Below, one piece after another: positions 1-13,131 of a stretch of DNA of 64,000 bases. The translations under genes and the position numbers were made by a program. The stretch spans positions 214,343 to 278,342 of the forward strand of contig CAVYYE010000009.1 of assembly GCA_963772655.1 (NCBI GenBank), written 5' to 3'. Positions within the stretch are counted from its first letter, which is position 1. Every line of letters starts with the position of its first letter. The stretch comes from an uncultured delta proteobacterium. GTDB taxonomy: Bacteria > Myxococcota_A > Polyangia > Haliangiales > Haliangiaceae. The notes below the pieces were generated by a model. The model did not search any database, was not told the origin of the DNA, and saw only the letters and a program-made list of their open reading frames with translations.

Positions 1-28
1 GCTCGAGATCGCGTACGGCCCGCCCGGG

Positions 29-3000
29 ATGCGCAGCGGCGATCTCGGCGTGCGACCGCAAGCACACCAACTCGCAGCGGCGCACGACCTCATGCACTCG
101 GTCGATGCCCAGCTTCGCGACGGTCACCTCGAGGACGCGATGCGTGGGTACCGCGCCCTGCTCGCGGCGGGCGGACCGGATCAGCCGCTGTTGCTCGAGC
201 GCATCCTGTCGCTCGCGTCGGCGCGACCCGCGTGGTTCTTCGACGGCCTCGAGCTCGCGCGCCAGGCACTCGGTCGGTGGCCGAACTTTCCCCCGGCACA
301 CGCCGCGCTGGCCTCGATCACGCTCGCGCAGGGCGACGCGCGCGAGGCCGCGAGCCACCTCACGCAACTCGCCCAGCTCGCGAGCGCCGAGGGCGACGAC
401 GATCAGGCCGCGCTCGCCGCGCTCGCCGGGGCGCGCCTGCTCCGCGTGCTCGCGCCCACGAACGCGACCCAGCTCTACGAGCTCGCGCTCGAGCACGATC
501 CCGGATCGTCCGAAGCCGCCGACTCTCTCGCCGATCGCCTCGCCGACGAGCAGCGCTGGCCCGAGCTCGTGCGGTTGGTTCGCGCGCGCGCGGTGTCGAC
601 CACGGATCCCGAGCGCGCGGTCGCGTTGCGGCTGCGGCTCGCCGACGTGTTCGTGCACCAGCTCGGCGATCCGGCGAGCGCCCAGCAGGAGCTGACCGCC
701 GCCCGCGAGCTCGCCCCCGAGGATCCGGCGGTCCACGAGATGACCGCGACCGTGCTGGGAACGATCGATCCGCCGAAGGCGATCGAGGCGTGGCGCGAGG
801 TCGCGCGGCTCGCCGAGGCCAGAGGCGATCACCAGACCTGCGCGCGCGCGTGGGCGATCCTCGGCGACCTCCAGGCGACCGCCGGCGATGCCGGACCGGC
901 CGAAGCGGCCTGGCGGCGCGCGCTCGAGCTCGATCCACTGCAGGCCGATGCCCTGGCCGGGCTCGCCGATCACGCCGTCACCCGCGGCGATCACGCGGCC
1001 GCGGCCGAGCTGTTCGAACGCATGCGCGGGCTCGGCCTGCCGCAGCACGCGGCCGCACGCCACGAGCTGATGCTGGCGAAGAGTTACCTCGCACTCGATC
1101 GCAGCGACGACGCGCGCTCGAGTCTGCGCCGCGCGACCGTCGCCGGCGGCGAGACCGCTGCCGAAGCCCACGCGGTGCTCGCCCAGATCGCCGAGGCGAG
1201 CTACGACCGCGACCACGCCGCCGCCGAGCTCGACACCGCGATCTCCTCGCTCGTCGATCTCGCGAGTGACGACCTGAGCGGCGGCGATCGGCTGTACACG
1301 CGCGCCGCCGAGCTCGCGGTCGTCCGCGCGCACCTGTTCGATCGCAGCGGTCAGTTCGCGCTGGCCTCGGAGGATTACCAGCGCGCGCATGCCCTGGCCC
1401 ACGACCACGCCCCCGCGCTCGCGCGCGACGCGGCCAAGACGATGCTGTCGCGCGCCGGTGACGACGCCGCGGCCGAGCGCCGGTGGATCGACGCCCTGCT
1501 CGCGACCCGCCCGCCACCGGCCGAGCGCGCATCGCTGCTGGTCCGGCGCGCCGAGGTGCGCCGCCGCGAACGCACGCCGGATCTCGCGGCGGCACTCGCC
1601 GATCTCCACGAGGCGTTGAAGCTGCTCTCCGAGCTGGAGACCGCCGACGCCGAGGCCGCGGCGACCCGCCGGGCTGCCTACCAGCTCGAGGCCGACCTGC
1701 TCGCGAGCAGCGGCAATCGGCGCGCGCGCGCACAGGCGCTTTCGGCGCTCGCCAAACTCGCCGAGCGCGACGCCGATCGCGTCGAGGTCGAGACCGCCGC
1801 GGCCGCCGCGTGGCTCGCCGCCGACGAGCCGGCCGCCGCACTTCCGCACGGCGCGCGCGCACTGGTCTCGATCGACGAGTCCCGTGCGGGGGGAACCGAG
1901 GTGCCGGCCGCGTTGCACCACGACGTGTTGCGCACGCTCGGCGAAGCCGCGTGGCGACAGCGTGCGTGGCCGGACGTGATCCGCGCGTATCGCGACCTGA
2001 TCGCCGAACCGGGGCCGGATGCCGGTAAGGCCGGCTCCGATGACCCCGCGGTGTTCGCATCGTTCCGCTACCGACTCGCCGTCGCCGCCGACCGCACCTC
2101 CGATCCCGAGCTCGCGATCGACACGCTGCGTCCGCTCGTCACCGATACCGAGATCGCACGCGCGACGCCGCTCGACCTGCGAGGACAGGCGTTGCGGCTC
2201 TACGCCGACCTCGCGGAGCGCGCCGGCGACCTCGGTGGTGCCGCCGCCGCGCTCGAGGGGTTCTCGGGACTCGACGAGACGCGCGACGACCGCCACGCCA
2301 AGGACGATCACCACGCCACCGCCCGCGCCGACGCGATGTATCGCGCGGGCGAGCTGTTCCGGCGCGCGGGTCGGGAGGACGACGCGATCCGCTGTCTCGA
2401 GACCGCGCTCAAGATCTCCGACACCCACCTGCCCGCGCTCGACGCGCTCGAGGCGGCGTGGCGCGAACGCGGTGACCTCGAACGGGTGTCGGTGATCCTC
2501 GGGCGCAAGGTCGCCGCCACCGCGCGCCATCCGGCGCGGCAGAAGCCGCTGCTGTCGCGACTCGGCGATCTGCAGGACCAGCTCGGGCGGCCCGACGTCG
2601 CCCTCGCCACGCACCAGCGTGCCCTCGAGATCGATCCCGCGTGGCGCCCGTCGCTCCGCTACGTCACCGTGCGACTTCGCGACGGCGGCGAGCTCGAGGC
2701 CGCCGCACGCGGGCTCGCGCAGCTCGCCGGCGAGCTCCCCAACGATCAAGGTGTCGACCTCGCGATCGTGGCGGGCGAGCGCCAGATCGCGGCGATCGCG
2801 CTCGCGGAGCTCGTGGTCGCTGCCGACGACGAGCACTTCGAGGCGATTCGCGAGGACGCCAGAGCGGCGCTCGAGCGCACCGCGGCCGATGCTCCGAAAC
2901 GCGAGACCACCACCGGAGAGACGCCGATCACCGGCAGCTCGCTCGCCACCCTCGACGCGGCACTCGCACGACTGCGCGGAAACGCGGCCTCCGCGGCACC

Positions 3001-5806
3001 GACGCGCACCGAGGAAGACACCCAGAGCGGTCGCGTCAGTAACGCGACCGGTGGCGCGTTGTCGCTGCGCGATGCCGCGGCGCGCGCGCGCGCGGCGGGC
3101 AAGCTCGACGAGGCGTTCGCCGCGCTGGAAGCGGCCAACCACGTCAACCCCGGCGATCTCGGTCTCCTGCGCGAGCTCGTCGACCTGGCGCAACAGCTCG
3201 GAGATCGCGAAGCGGCGGCGCGCCACCTGACCGCGCTTGCGGGCGGGCTCGAAGGCACGCGCCGCGGCGACGCGCTGCTCGAGCTCGCGGGCATCTACTA
3301 CGACCAGCTCGACGATCTGGCGCGGGCGCGCCGGGCGATGCGCGACGCGATCACCGCGTTCGGTTCCGGCAACCGACACGACATCGCGTCGCGGATGCTC
3401 GCCACCGAGGCCGCGACCAACCTGGCATGGGATATCGCGATCGCCGCACTCGAGGGGATCCCCGACGATCACCGCGCCGCCGCGGACCTCCGCAGCCTGG
3501 TACTCGCGCTGTCGCGCGCGGGCCGCGACGCCGACGCGGTGACGGTACTCGAGAACGCCGGCGACCGGCTCTCCGACGACGAGCTCCTCTCCCACCTACG
3601 CACCCAGCGCGATCGCAAGGCCGCGCTGGACCGCGGGGATGACATTCCGACGCCCAGCCGGACGGTCACGCCGAGCGCGCCGCCTCTCGCACCGCGGCGT
3701 TCGCCGTCGACGCCTCCCGAGGTGTTCGAACGCCCGACGCACATCACGACGCCGCCGCCGCAACCCCGCGGCCGCCGCACGCCGACCACGCCCCCACCGT
3801 TCGAGCCCCTTCGCGCGCCGGCGGCGGCATCGCAACCGCTCCCGAGCGTCGACGACCCGGCGCCCGAGTCGCCCGAAGCTCGCGAGCCCGCACCGGTCGA
3901 GCCGTCCCCCCCGCTCGGTACCGAGGCCGAGGATCGCGAACACCACACCCCGACACTCGAGGGCATGGTGGCCCAGAAGCCGCTCGCGCGGATCCAGCTG
4001 GTCTCTCAGAGCGGAGAGCGTCGCGTCGTCCAGCCGACGCCGGCGCCGCCCGCCGACGACGAACCCGACGAGCGCGACGACACCCGGATCGAGGAGGTCC
4101 CGCTCGCCGCCCCCAAGCCCTCGGTCGTGATCGCGGGGACCGCGAGCGAGACCGCCAACGTGGTCGCGGCAGCCGCCGCCTCGGCCAATCGCGATCGCCT
4201 GCTGTCGGCGCGACGGGCGCATCCCGAGGACGCGTCGCTGCTGCTCGCACTGCTCGCGCACCTCGGCAATCGCGAGCCCCGGCTCCGCCACGACGTGCTC
4301 GAGGAGACCTCGCGTGACGGCACCGGACGCGCGCTCGCGATCGCGTTGCACGAGCTCGCCTTGCTCGCCCGCGAGGCCGGCGCGATGACCCGCGCGTCGT
4401 CGCTGTGGGCCCGCGCCTTCGAGGCCGACCCGACCTACGAACCCCTGTGGATGCACGTCGCCGACGTGCGCGTCGCCGAGAACGATCTCGCGAGTGCCCG
4501 CGCGCTCTACGAGAAGGTGGCGGCGTCCGAGGACTACGAGCCCGCGCGCCGCGCGTTCGCTGCCGACCGCGCCGAGGCGCTGGGGCGCGAGGACTCGACG
4601 GTGGCGGGTGAGGTCACGCCGCCGTGGCAAGCCGCGCTGCAGCGCGCACTCCGGCTCGCCGACTCCGAGGACTGGCAGCCGGCGATCGACGAGGCCGAGC
4701 GCGCCGTGACACTCGCGCAGGAAGCCGACAAGCCGGCGACGTCCGCGCTGCTGTTGCTCGAGCGCCTCTACCTCGAGGTCGGCGACGTGTCGGCGGCGTC
4801 GGAGGCGATCGGCCGCCAGCTGGTCGACGTCGAGGACGCCGGACAACGCGCGATCCTGTGGCGACGTCGCGCGCGGCTGTACCGCGACACGCTCGGTCGC
4901 GACGCCGAGGCCTATCGGTGCCTCAAGGAAGCGCACGCGTGCGCGCCCGCCGACCCGGAGATCGCGTACCAGCTCCGCACCGCCGCGATGGTGCGCGGCG
5001 AGTGGGCGCTCGCCGCGTCGCTCCTGTACCGCGAGATCGCGGCGGCCGCCAATCCGCGCGATCGCGGAGCGCTCCACCTCGAGCTCGCGCTGATCTACGA
5101 CGAGCGGCTCGACGACGAGACCCAGGCCCAGGTCAACTTCGAGCAAGCGCTCGCGTTCGATCCCACGATCCCCGCGGCCAAGCTGCCACTCGCTCGGCGC
5201 TACGAGGCCACCGGACGCCACCCCGACGCCGCGCGGCTGTATCGCGAGGCGGCCGAGTCGGTCCGCCCCGCCGAGCGCGCCGCGCTGATCGAAGCGGCCG
5301 AGCGTGCCGAAGCCATGCCGGCGACCGACCCCGATCACGATCTCGCCGCCCAGCTCCGTCGTCACCAGGTCGCCGGCGACGACGATGCCGCGCTCGCGGT
5401 CGCGCACCAGCTGTGGCGCGCCGAGCCGGGGCATCCCAAGGCCTACGCCGTGCTGATCGCGGCGCACCGCGCGGCCCACGATCTCGCCGCGATGACCGAC
5501 ATCACCGCGGTGCGCGCCAGCCAGACCGAGAGCCCCGACGAGCGCGCCACGATGTGGCTCGAGGTCGCGCGGCTCGCCGAGGAACACCAGGCGCTCGATC
5601 AGGCAGCGCGCGCCTACGACCTCGCGTTGATCGAGGACCCCGGACATGTCGGCGCGCTCGACGCGCGCGGCGCGCTCGCGTTCCGGCTCGGCGATTTCGC
5701 CACCGCCGATTCTGATCTACCGCGACCTCGCCGAGGGCGAGAGCGTGCTCGGCAAGGACGAGCTGTCGCTCCGGCGCTCCGTGATCTCCGAGCACCTCGG
5801 CCGTGA
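29..5806 (+). CDS. Giant TPR-repeat protein, N-terminal major part. The frame is open back to window position 2, so the gene probably starts upstream of the window. It contains a Pro-rich low-complexity linker at about 3640..3960.
   Basis: Long ORF with strong GC3 bias and repeated TPR-like helical hairpin motifs rich in A, L, R, E and D. The frame changes to ORF 5646..6683 near 5700 (see frameshift finding). Confidence 0.7.
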   Translation: MRSGDLGVRPQAHQLAAAHDLMHSVDAQLRDGHLEDAMRGYRALLAAGGPDQPLLLERILSLASARPAWFFDGLELARQALGRWPNFPPAHAALASITLAQGDAREAASHLTQLAQLASAEGDDDQAALAALAGARLLRVLAPTNATQLYELALEHDPGSSEAADSLADRLADEQRWPELVRLVRARAVSTTDPERAVALRLRLADVFVHQLGDPASAQQELTAARELAPEDPAVHEMTATVLGTIDPPKAIEAWREVARLAEARGDHQTCARAWAILGDLQATAGDAGPAEAAWRRALELDPLQADALAGLADHAVTRGDHAAAAELFERMRGLGLPQHAAARHELMLAKSYLALDRSDDARSSLRRATVAGGETAAEAHAVLAQIAEASYDRDHAAAELDTAISSLVDLASDDLSGGDRLYTRAAELAVVRAHLFDRSGQFALASEDYQRAHALAHDHAPALARDAAKTMLSRAGDDAAAERRWIDALLATRPPPAERASLLVRRAEVRRRERTPDLAAALADLHEALKLLSELETADAEAAATRRAAYQLEADLLASSGNRRARAQALSALAKLAERDADRVEVETAAAAAWLAADEPAAALPHGARALVSIDESRAGGTEVPAALHHDVLRTLGEAAWRQRAWPDVIRAYRDLIAEPGPDAGKAGSDDPAVFASFRYRLAVAADRTSDPELAIDTLRPLVTDTEIARATPLDLRGQALRLYADLAERAGDLGGAAAALEGFSGLDETRDDRHAKDDHHATARADAMYRAGELFRRAGREDDAIRCLETALKISDTHLPALDALEAAWRERGDLERVSVILGRKVAATARHPARQKPLLSRLGDLQDQLGRPDVALATHQRALEIDPAWRPSLRYVTVRLRDGGELEAAARGLAQLAGELPNDQGVDLAIVAGERQIAAIALAELVVAADDEHFEAIREDARAALERTAADAPKRETTTGETPITGSSLATLDAALARLRGNAASAAPTRTEEDTQSGRVSNATGGALSLRDAAARARAAGKLDEAFAALEAANHVNPGDLGLLRELVDLAQQLGDREAAARHLTALAGGLEGTRRGDALLELAGIYYDQLDDLARARRAMRDAITAFGSGNRHDIASRMLATEAATNLAWDIAIAALEGIPDDHRAAADLRSLVLALSRAGRDADAVTVLENAGDRLSDDELLSHLRTQRDRKAALDRGDDIPTPSRTVTPSAPPLAPRRSPSTPPEVFERPTHITTPPPQPRGRRTPTTPPPFEPLRAPAAASQPLPSVDDPAPESPEAREPAPVEPSPPLGTEAEDREHHTPTLEGMVAQKPLARIQLVSQSGERRVVQPTPAPPADDEPDERDDTRIEEVPLAAPKPSVVIAGTASETANVVAAAAASANRDRLLSARRAHPEDASLLLALLAHLGNREPRLRHDVLEETSRDGTGRALAIALHELALLAREAGAMTRASSLWARAFEADPTYEPLWMHVADVRVAENDLASARALYEKVAASEDYEPARRAFAADRAEALGREDSTVAGEVTPPWQAALQRALRLADSEDWQPAIDEAERAVTLAQEADKPATSALLLLERLYLEVGDVSAASEAIGRQLVDVEDAGQRAILWRRRARLYRDTLGRDAEAYRCLKEAHACAPADPEIAYQLRTAAMVRGEWALAASLLYREIAAAANPRDRGALHLELALIYDERLDDETQAQVNFEQALAFDPTIPAAKLPLARRYEATGRHPDAARLYREAAESVRPAERAALIEAAERAEAMPATDPDHDLAAQLRRHQVAGDDDAALAVAHQLWRAEPGHPKAYAVLIAAHRAAHDLAAMTDITAVRASQTESPDERATMWLEVARLAEEHQALDQAARAYDLALIEDPGHVGALDARGALAFRLGDFATADSDLPRPRRGRERARQGRAVAPALRDLRAPRP

Positions 5807-6683
5807 TGGCGAGGCGCTGGCCCACGCGAAGGCGGCGGCGGCAGCGGCTCCGACCCGCCGCGATCTCTTGATGCGCGTCCAGGATCTCGCGACCCGCACC
5901 AACGACCTCGAGACCGCCCTCGAGGCCGCGCGTGGTGTCCTCGATCTGATCCCGCTCGACGACGAGGAAGCCCAGCTCGCCACCCACTTCGCGCTCGTCG
6001 ATCTGCAGCGGCAGGCCGGGGATGTCGGCGCGGCGATCGGACAGCTCGAGCGCGTGCTGCGCGAGCACCCGATGCACGGCCCGGCGCTCGAGGCGCTCGC
6101 CGAGCTCCACATGACGCGTGGCGACTGGCCGGCCGCGGCCCGCCTGCTCTACCAGCTGGTGCCGCTGGCACCGTCGCCCGAGGATCGCGCGGAGCGTCTG
6201 TACCGGCTCGGCGAGACCGTACTCGTTCATCTCGGCGATACCGATCGCGCCGACGACGTGTTCCTGCGCGCGTCCGACCTCGATCCCGAGCACGTCCCGA
6301 CCCTGCGCCGGTTGCTCGACGTGTACTGGCGCGCCGACGATCCCGCCGCGCTGGTCGAGGTCGCGACCGAGCTCGCGGAGAAGGATGCCCTCGCCGCACG
6401 CGGCACCAACGGTCCGGGCCACGCCGCGGCGCTCGCGCACGCGATCATCGCGGCCGCGCTGGTCGGCGAGACCACGCTCGCCAAGAAGATCAACGTCGCC
6501 CTCGGCGACGAGGGGCCTCGGAAAATTGCCGAGGCGCTCGCGGAGCTCGAACCCCGCGAGGGTCGGCTCCAGCTCAAGTCGGCATCGACTGCGATCGCGG
6601 AGCTCGCCCGCCGGGGCCTGCTCGACCTGTCCAAGTTGCGGGCGGCCGCGGCGGGCACTCCCGTCGCTGGCATCCTCGAATAG
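5700..6683 (+). CDS. C-terminal continuation of the TPR-repeat protein in the +1 frame after an apparent single-base frameshift
   Basis: Frame-B translation from about 5700 (ILIYRDLAEGES...TPR-like) continues the same repeat architecture. The frame-A tail after 5700 is low-complexity Arg/Pro junk. Confidence 0.55.
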   Translation, partial: PPPILIYRDLAEGESVLGKDELSLRRSVISEHLGRDGEALAHAKAAAAAAPTRRDLLMRVQDLATRTNDLETALEAARGVLDLIPLDDEEAQLATHFALVDLQRQAGDVGAAIGQLERVLREHPMHGPALEALAELHMTRGDWPAAARLLYQLVPLAPSPEDRAERLYRLGETVLVHLGDTDRADDVFLRASDLDPEHVPTLRRLLDVYWRADDPAALVEVATELAEKDALAARGTNGPGHAAALAHAIIAAALVGETTLAKKINVALGDEGPRKIAEALAELEPREGRLQLKSASTAIAELARRGLLDLSKLRAAAAGTPVAGILE

Positions 6684-6720
6684 CGATCGCCCCGATCCCG
6701 GGTCGCTCGCCCCCGCGCTA

Positions 6721-6766
6721 GGCTCGATCTTCTGGCTCGATCTTCTGGCTCGATCTGGCTCGATCC
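6721..6766. repeat. Imperfect tandem repeat (GCTCGATCTTCTG x2 then truncated units) in the region upstream of clpB
   Basis: GGCTCGATCTTCTGGCTCGATCTTCTGGCTCGATCTGGCTCGATCC. Confidence 0.4.
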
Positions 6767-6897
6767 CGGGGCCGGAACCCTCCGCAATTCTCCTTGCCTG
6801 CCGTTGACGCGATTGTAAGCGTTGTTACGTTACGGCTCACATGTGGCACCAGTCTTGGACCACTACCAGTAAGAAGTAGGAGTAGGGAGAACCAGCC

Positions 6898-9497
6898 ATG
6901 AAGCTCGACAAGCTGACCGTCAAGGCCCAGGAAGCGATCGCCGCGTCGCGCGACGTCGCCGTGTCGCGAAACCATGCGGAGGTCACGCCGGAGCACTTGC
7001 TCGTCGCGTTACTCGAGCAAGAAGGTGGGGTCGTCCCGCGCATCCTCGGCAAGCTCGGCGCCGATCCGCGCGTCGTGCGGGCGGACCTCGACGAGGCACT
7101 CGCGAAGCTTCCGCGCGCGCATGGTGCTGCGCTCGATGTCGACGCAAACCGTGCGTTCAAGGACGCGTGGGCGGATGCGGTCCGCGAAGCCCACAACATG
7201 AAGGACGACTACACGTCCACCGAGCACTTCCTGCTCGCGCTCGCCAAGGGCAAGTCCGCCGCGGGCGACGCGCTCCGCAAGACCGGCGCCACCAAGGAGG
7301 CGATCCTGGAGGCGCTCGTCGCCGTACGCGGGAACCAGCGGGTCGACTCCGCCGATCCGGAGTCGAAGTACGAAGCACTCGAGCGCTACACCCGCGACCT
7401 CACGCAGCTGGCCTCCCAGAACAAGCTCGATCCGGTGATCGGGCGCGACGAGGAGATCCGCCGCACCATCCAGATCCTGTCGCGCCGCACCAAGAACAAC
7501 CCGGTGCTGGTCGGCGAGGCCGGCGTCGGCAAGACCGCCGTCGTCGAGGGCATCGCCCAGCGCATCGCCGAGGGCGACGTGCCCGAGTCGCTCCGCGACA
7601 AGCGCATCTGCTCGCTCGATCTCGGTGCACTGATCGCCGGTGCCAAGTATCGCGGCGAGTTCGAGGAGCGCCTGAAGGCCGTCCTCAAGGAGGTCGCGGC
7701 CGCCGAGGGCACGGTCATCATGTTCATCGACGAGCTCCACACGCTGGTCGGGGCCGGCGCCGCCGAGGGTGCGACCGACGCGGCGAACCTCCTCAAGCCG
7801 GCGCTCGCGCGCGGCGAGATGCGCTGCATCGGCGCGACGACGCTCGACGAGTACCGCAAGCACATCGAGAAGGACAAGGCGCTCGAGCGCCGGTTCCAGC
7901 CCGTCATCATCGACGAGCCGTCGGTCGAGGACACCATCGCGATCCTCCGCGGGCTCAAGGACAAGTACGAGGTCCATCACGGCATCCGGATCCGCGATGC
8001 CGGGCTGGTGGCCGCCGCCAAGCTCTCGCAGCGTTACATCCCGCAGCGCCAGCTGCCGGACAAGGCGATCGATCTGATCGACGAGGCCGCCTCGCGCCTC
8101 AAGATGGAGATCGAGAGCGTGCCCACGCCGATCGACAACATCGAGCGCAAGGTCACGACGCTCGAGGTCGAGCGCGCCGCGATGGAGCGCGAGGGTGACA
8201 AGCGCGCCAAGCAGCGCCTCAAGGAGCTCGAGCGAGAGATCGCCGGGCTCAAGGAGCAGGCGTCGGGCATGAAGGCGCAGTGGCAGCACGAGCGCGACCT
8301 GATCAAGGGTCTGCGCGGCGCCAAGGAGAAGCTCGAGGAGCTCAAGGCCGAGGCCGACAAGCTGCAGCGTCAGGGTGACTTCGCCCGCGCCTCGGAGCTG
8401 CGGTTCGGCTCGATCCCGCAGCTCGAAAAAGAAATCGTGGGCGACGCGGCGGCCGTCGACGAGCTGCGCGCCAAGGGTGGCTTCCTCCGCGAGGAGGTCA
8501 CGGAGGACGACATCGCCAGCGTGGTCGCCAAGTGGACCGGGATCCCCGTCGAGAAGATGCTCGAGGGCGAGGTCGAGCGCCTCACCAAGATGGAGGACCG
8601 GCTGCGCCAGCGCGTGGTCGGTCAGGACGCCGCGGTCACCGCGGTCGCCGCCGCGGTTCGCCGCGCGCGCGCCGGGCTCAAGGATCCCAACCGCCCGATC
8701 GGCAGCTTCTTGTTCCTCGGCCCGACCGGCGTCGGCAAGACCGAGCTCGCGCGTGCCCTCGCCGAGTTCTTGTTCGACGACGAGAGCGCGATGGTCCGGA
8801 TCGACATGTCCGAGTACCAGGAGAAGCACACGGTGTCGCGGCTGGTCGGAGCCCCTCCGGGCTACGTCGGCTACGACCAGGGCGGTCAGCTGACCGAGGC
8901 GATCCGTCGCCACCCGTACTCCGTGGTGCTGCTCGACGAGATGGAGAAGGCGCACGCCGACGTGTGGAGCGTCCTGTTGCAGGTGCTCGACGACGGACGG
9001 CTGACCGATGGCCAGGGCCGCACGGTCGACTTCAAGAACACCGTCGTGATCATGACGACCAACGTCGGCAGCCAGCACCTGCTCGAGCTGCGCACCGGGA
9101 ACCGGGAGTTCATCGAGAAGCGCACGCTCGAGGAGCTGCGCGGTACGTTCCGCCCCGAGTTCTTGAACCGGATCGACGAGATCATCTTCTTCGAGCCGCT
9201 CGACAAGGCCCAGCTGTCGCAGATCGTCACGATCCAGCTCCACCGGTTCGACCGCCTGCTCGCCGAGCGTCAGCTCACGTTGACCCTCACCGACCAGGCA
9301 GTCGCGAAGGTGGCCGAGGCTGGCTACGATCCGGTGTACGGCGCGCGTCCCCTCAAGCGTGCGCTACAGAAGCTCGTGATCGATCCCCTCGCACTCCGGC
9401 TGCTCGCCGGCGAGTTCCATCCCGGCGACGAGATCGTCGCGGACGTCGAGGGAGATAACGTCGCGTTCCGCAAACATGCGAAGGGAGCCGCCGCCTG

Positions 9498-9498
<1 letters not shown>
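6898..9498 (+). CDS. clpB: ATP-dependent chaperone/disaggregase ClpB
   Basis: 866 aa. N-terminal Clp_N repeats ([19 protein letters not shown]...), two AAA+ modules with Walker A motifs GEAGVGKTA and [12 protein letters not shown], a middle coiled-coil domain, and typical ClpB length. Confidence 0.95.
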
Positions 9499-10301
<803 letters not shown>

Positions 10302-10325
10302 AACCAAGTAGACTCCGAGGCTGGA

Positions 10326-12767
<2,442 letters not shown>

Positions 12768-12802
12768 TTAGAACCGATCCGAAACATCACAACGGGCCGA
12801 TT

Positions 12803-13088
12803 CCCTATTCGGTCGCCACTGATTGCTGCGCCGGATCGCTCGTGGACCGAGGCGTGGACGGCCGCCGATTCCGAGCCGCACGATTCTGTCAGGAATCGTG
12901 TACCGCCTTCGTACGGGCGCGCAGTGGAAGGCATTGCCTGCGCAGTTCGGCTCGGGCTCGATCTGCCACGCGCGATTCCAAGCATGGAGCGAGGCCGGCA
13001 TCTTCCCCGGCCCCGAACACAAGCAGTCGCGTCGCGATGTTCTCGCCCTTCATTCGCGCAGGCTACGGGTCCGCTCTGACGAATAGGG
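12803..13088. mobile_element. Degenerate IS5-family (IS4/IS5 superfamily) insertion-sequence remnant bounded by about 10-bp inverted repeats (TCCCTATTCG at 12803..12812 and CGAATAGGGA at 13080..13089)
   Basis: Inverted repeats flank an 87-aa transposase N-terminal (DUF4096-like) fragment, ILSGIVYRLRTGAQWKALPAQFGSGSICHARFQAWSEAGIF. No DDE catalytic domain follows. Confidence 0.5.
12823..13086 (+). pseudogene. Truncated transposase fragment (IS5-family OrfA-like N-terminal domain only)
   Basis: The conserved YRLRTGxQW...FGxxSxxxxRFxxWxxxGxF motif of IS5/IS4 transposase N-termini is present. The sequence ends after 87 aa. Confidence 0.5.
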
Positions 13089-13131
13089 AGTAGGGAAGCG
13101 GAACCGGGAACCTGAATTTCAGGATCCGTTC

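Noticed and set aside
232-5647. Many long alternative-frame and antisense ORFs overlapping the TPR gene (for example 232..1269, 978..2060, 3596..5647)
   Set aside because: Their translations are Arg/Pro/Ala-rich low-complexity sequence with poor GC3 bias. This is the shadow-ORF pattern expected in 70% GC DNA.
6721-6766. Possible CRISPR array
   Set aside because: Only 2-3 short imperfect direct repeats of about 13 bp with no spacers. This is a simple tandem repeat.
6844-6858. TGGCACCAGTCTTGG upstream of clpB as a sigma-54 promoter
   Set aside because: The -12 element reads GG rather than the near-invariant GC, so it is not called as a promoter. It is left as a low-confidence note only.
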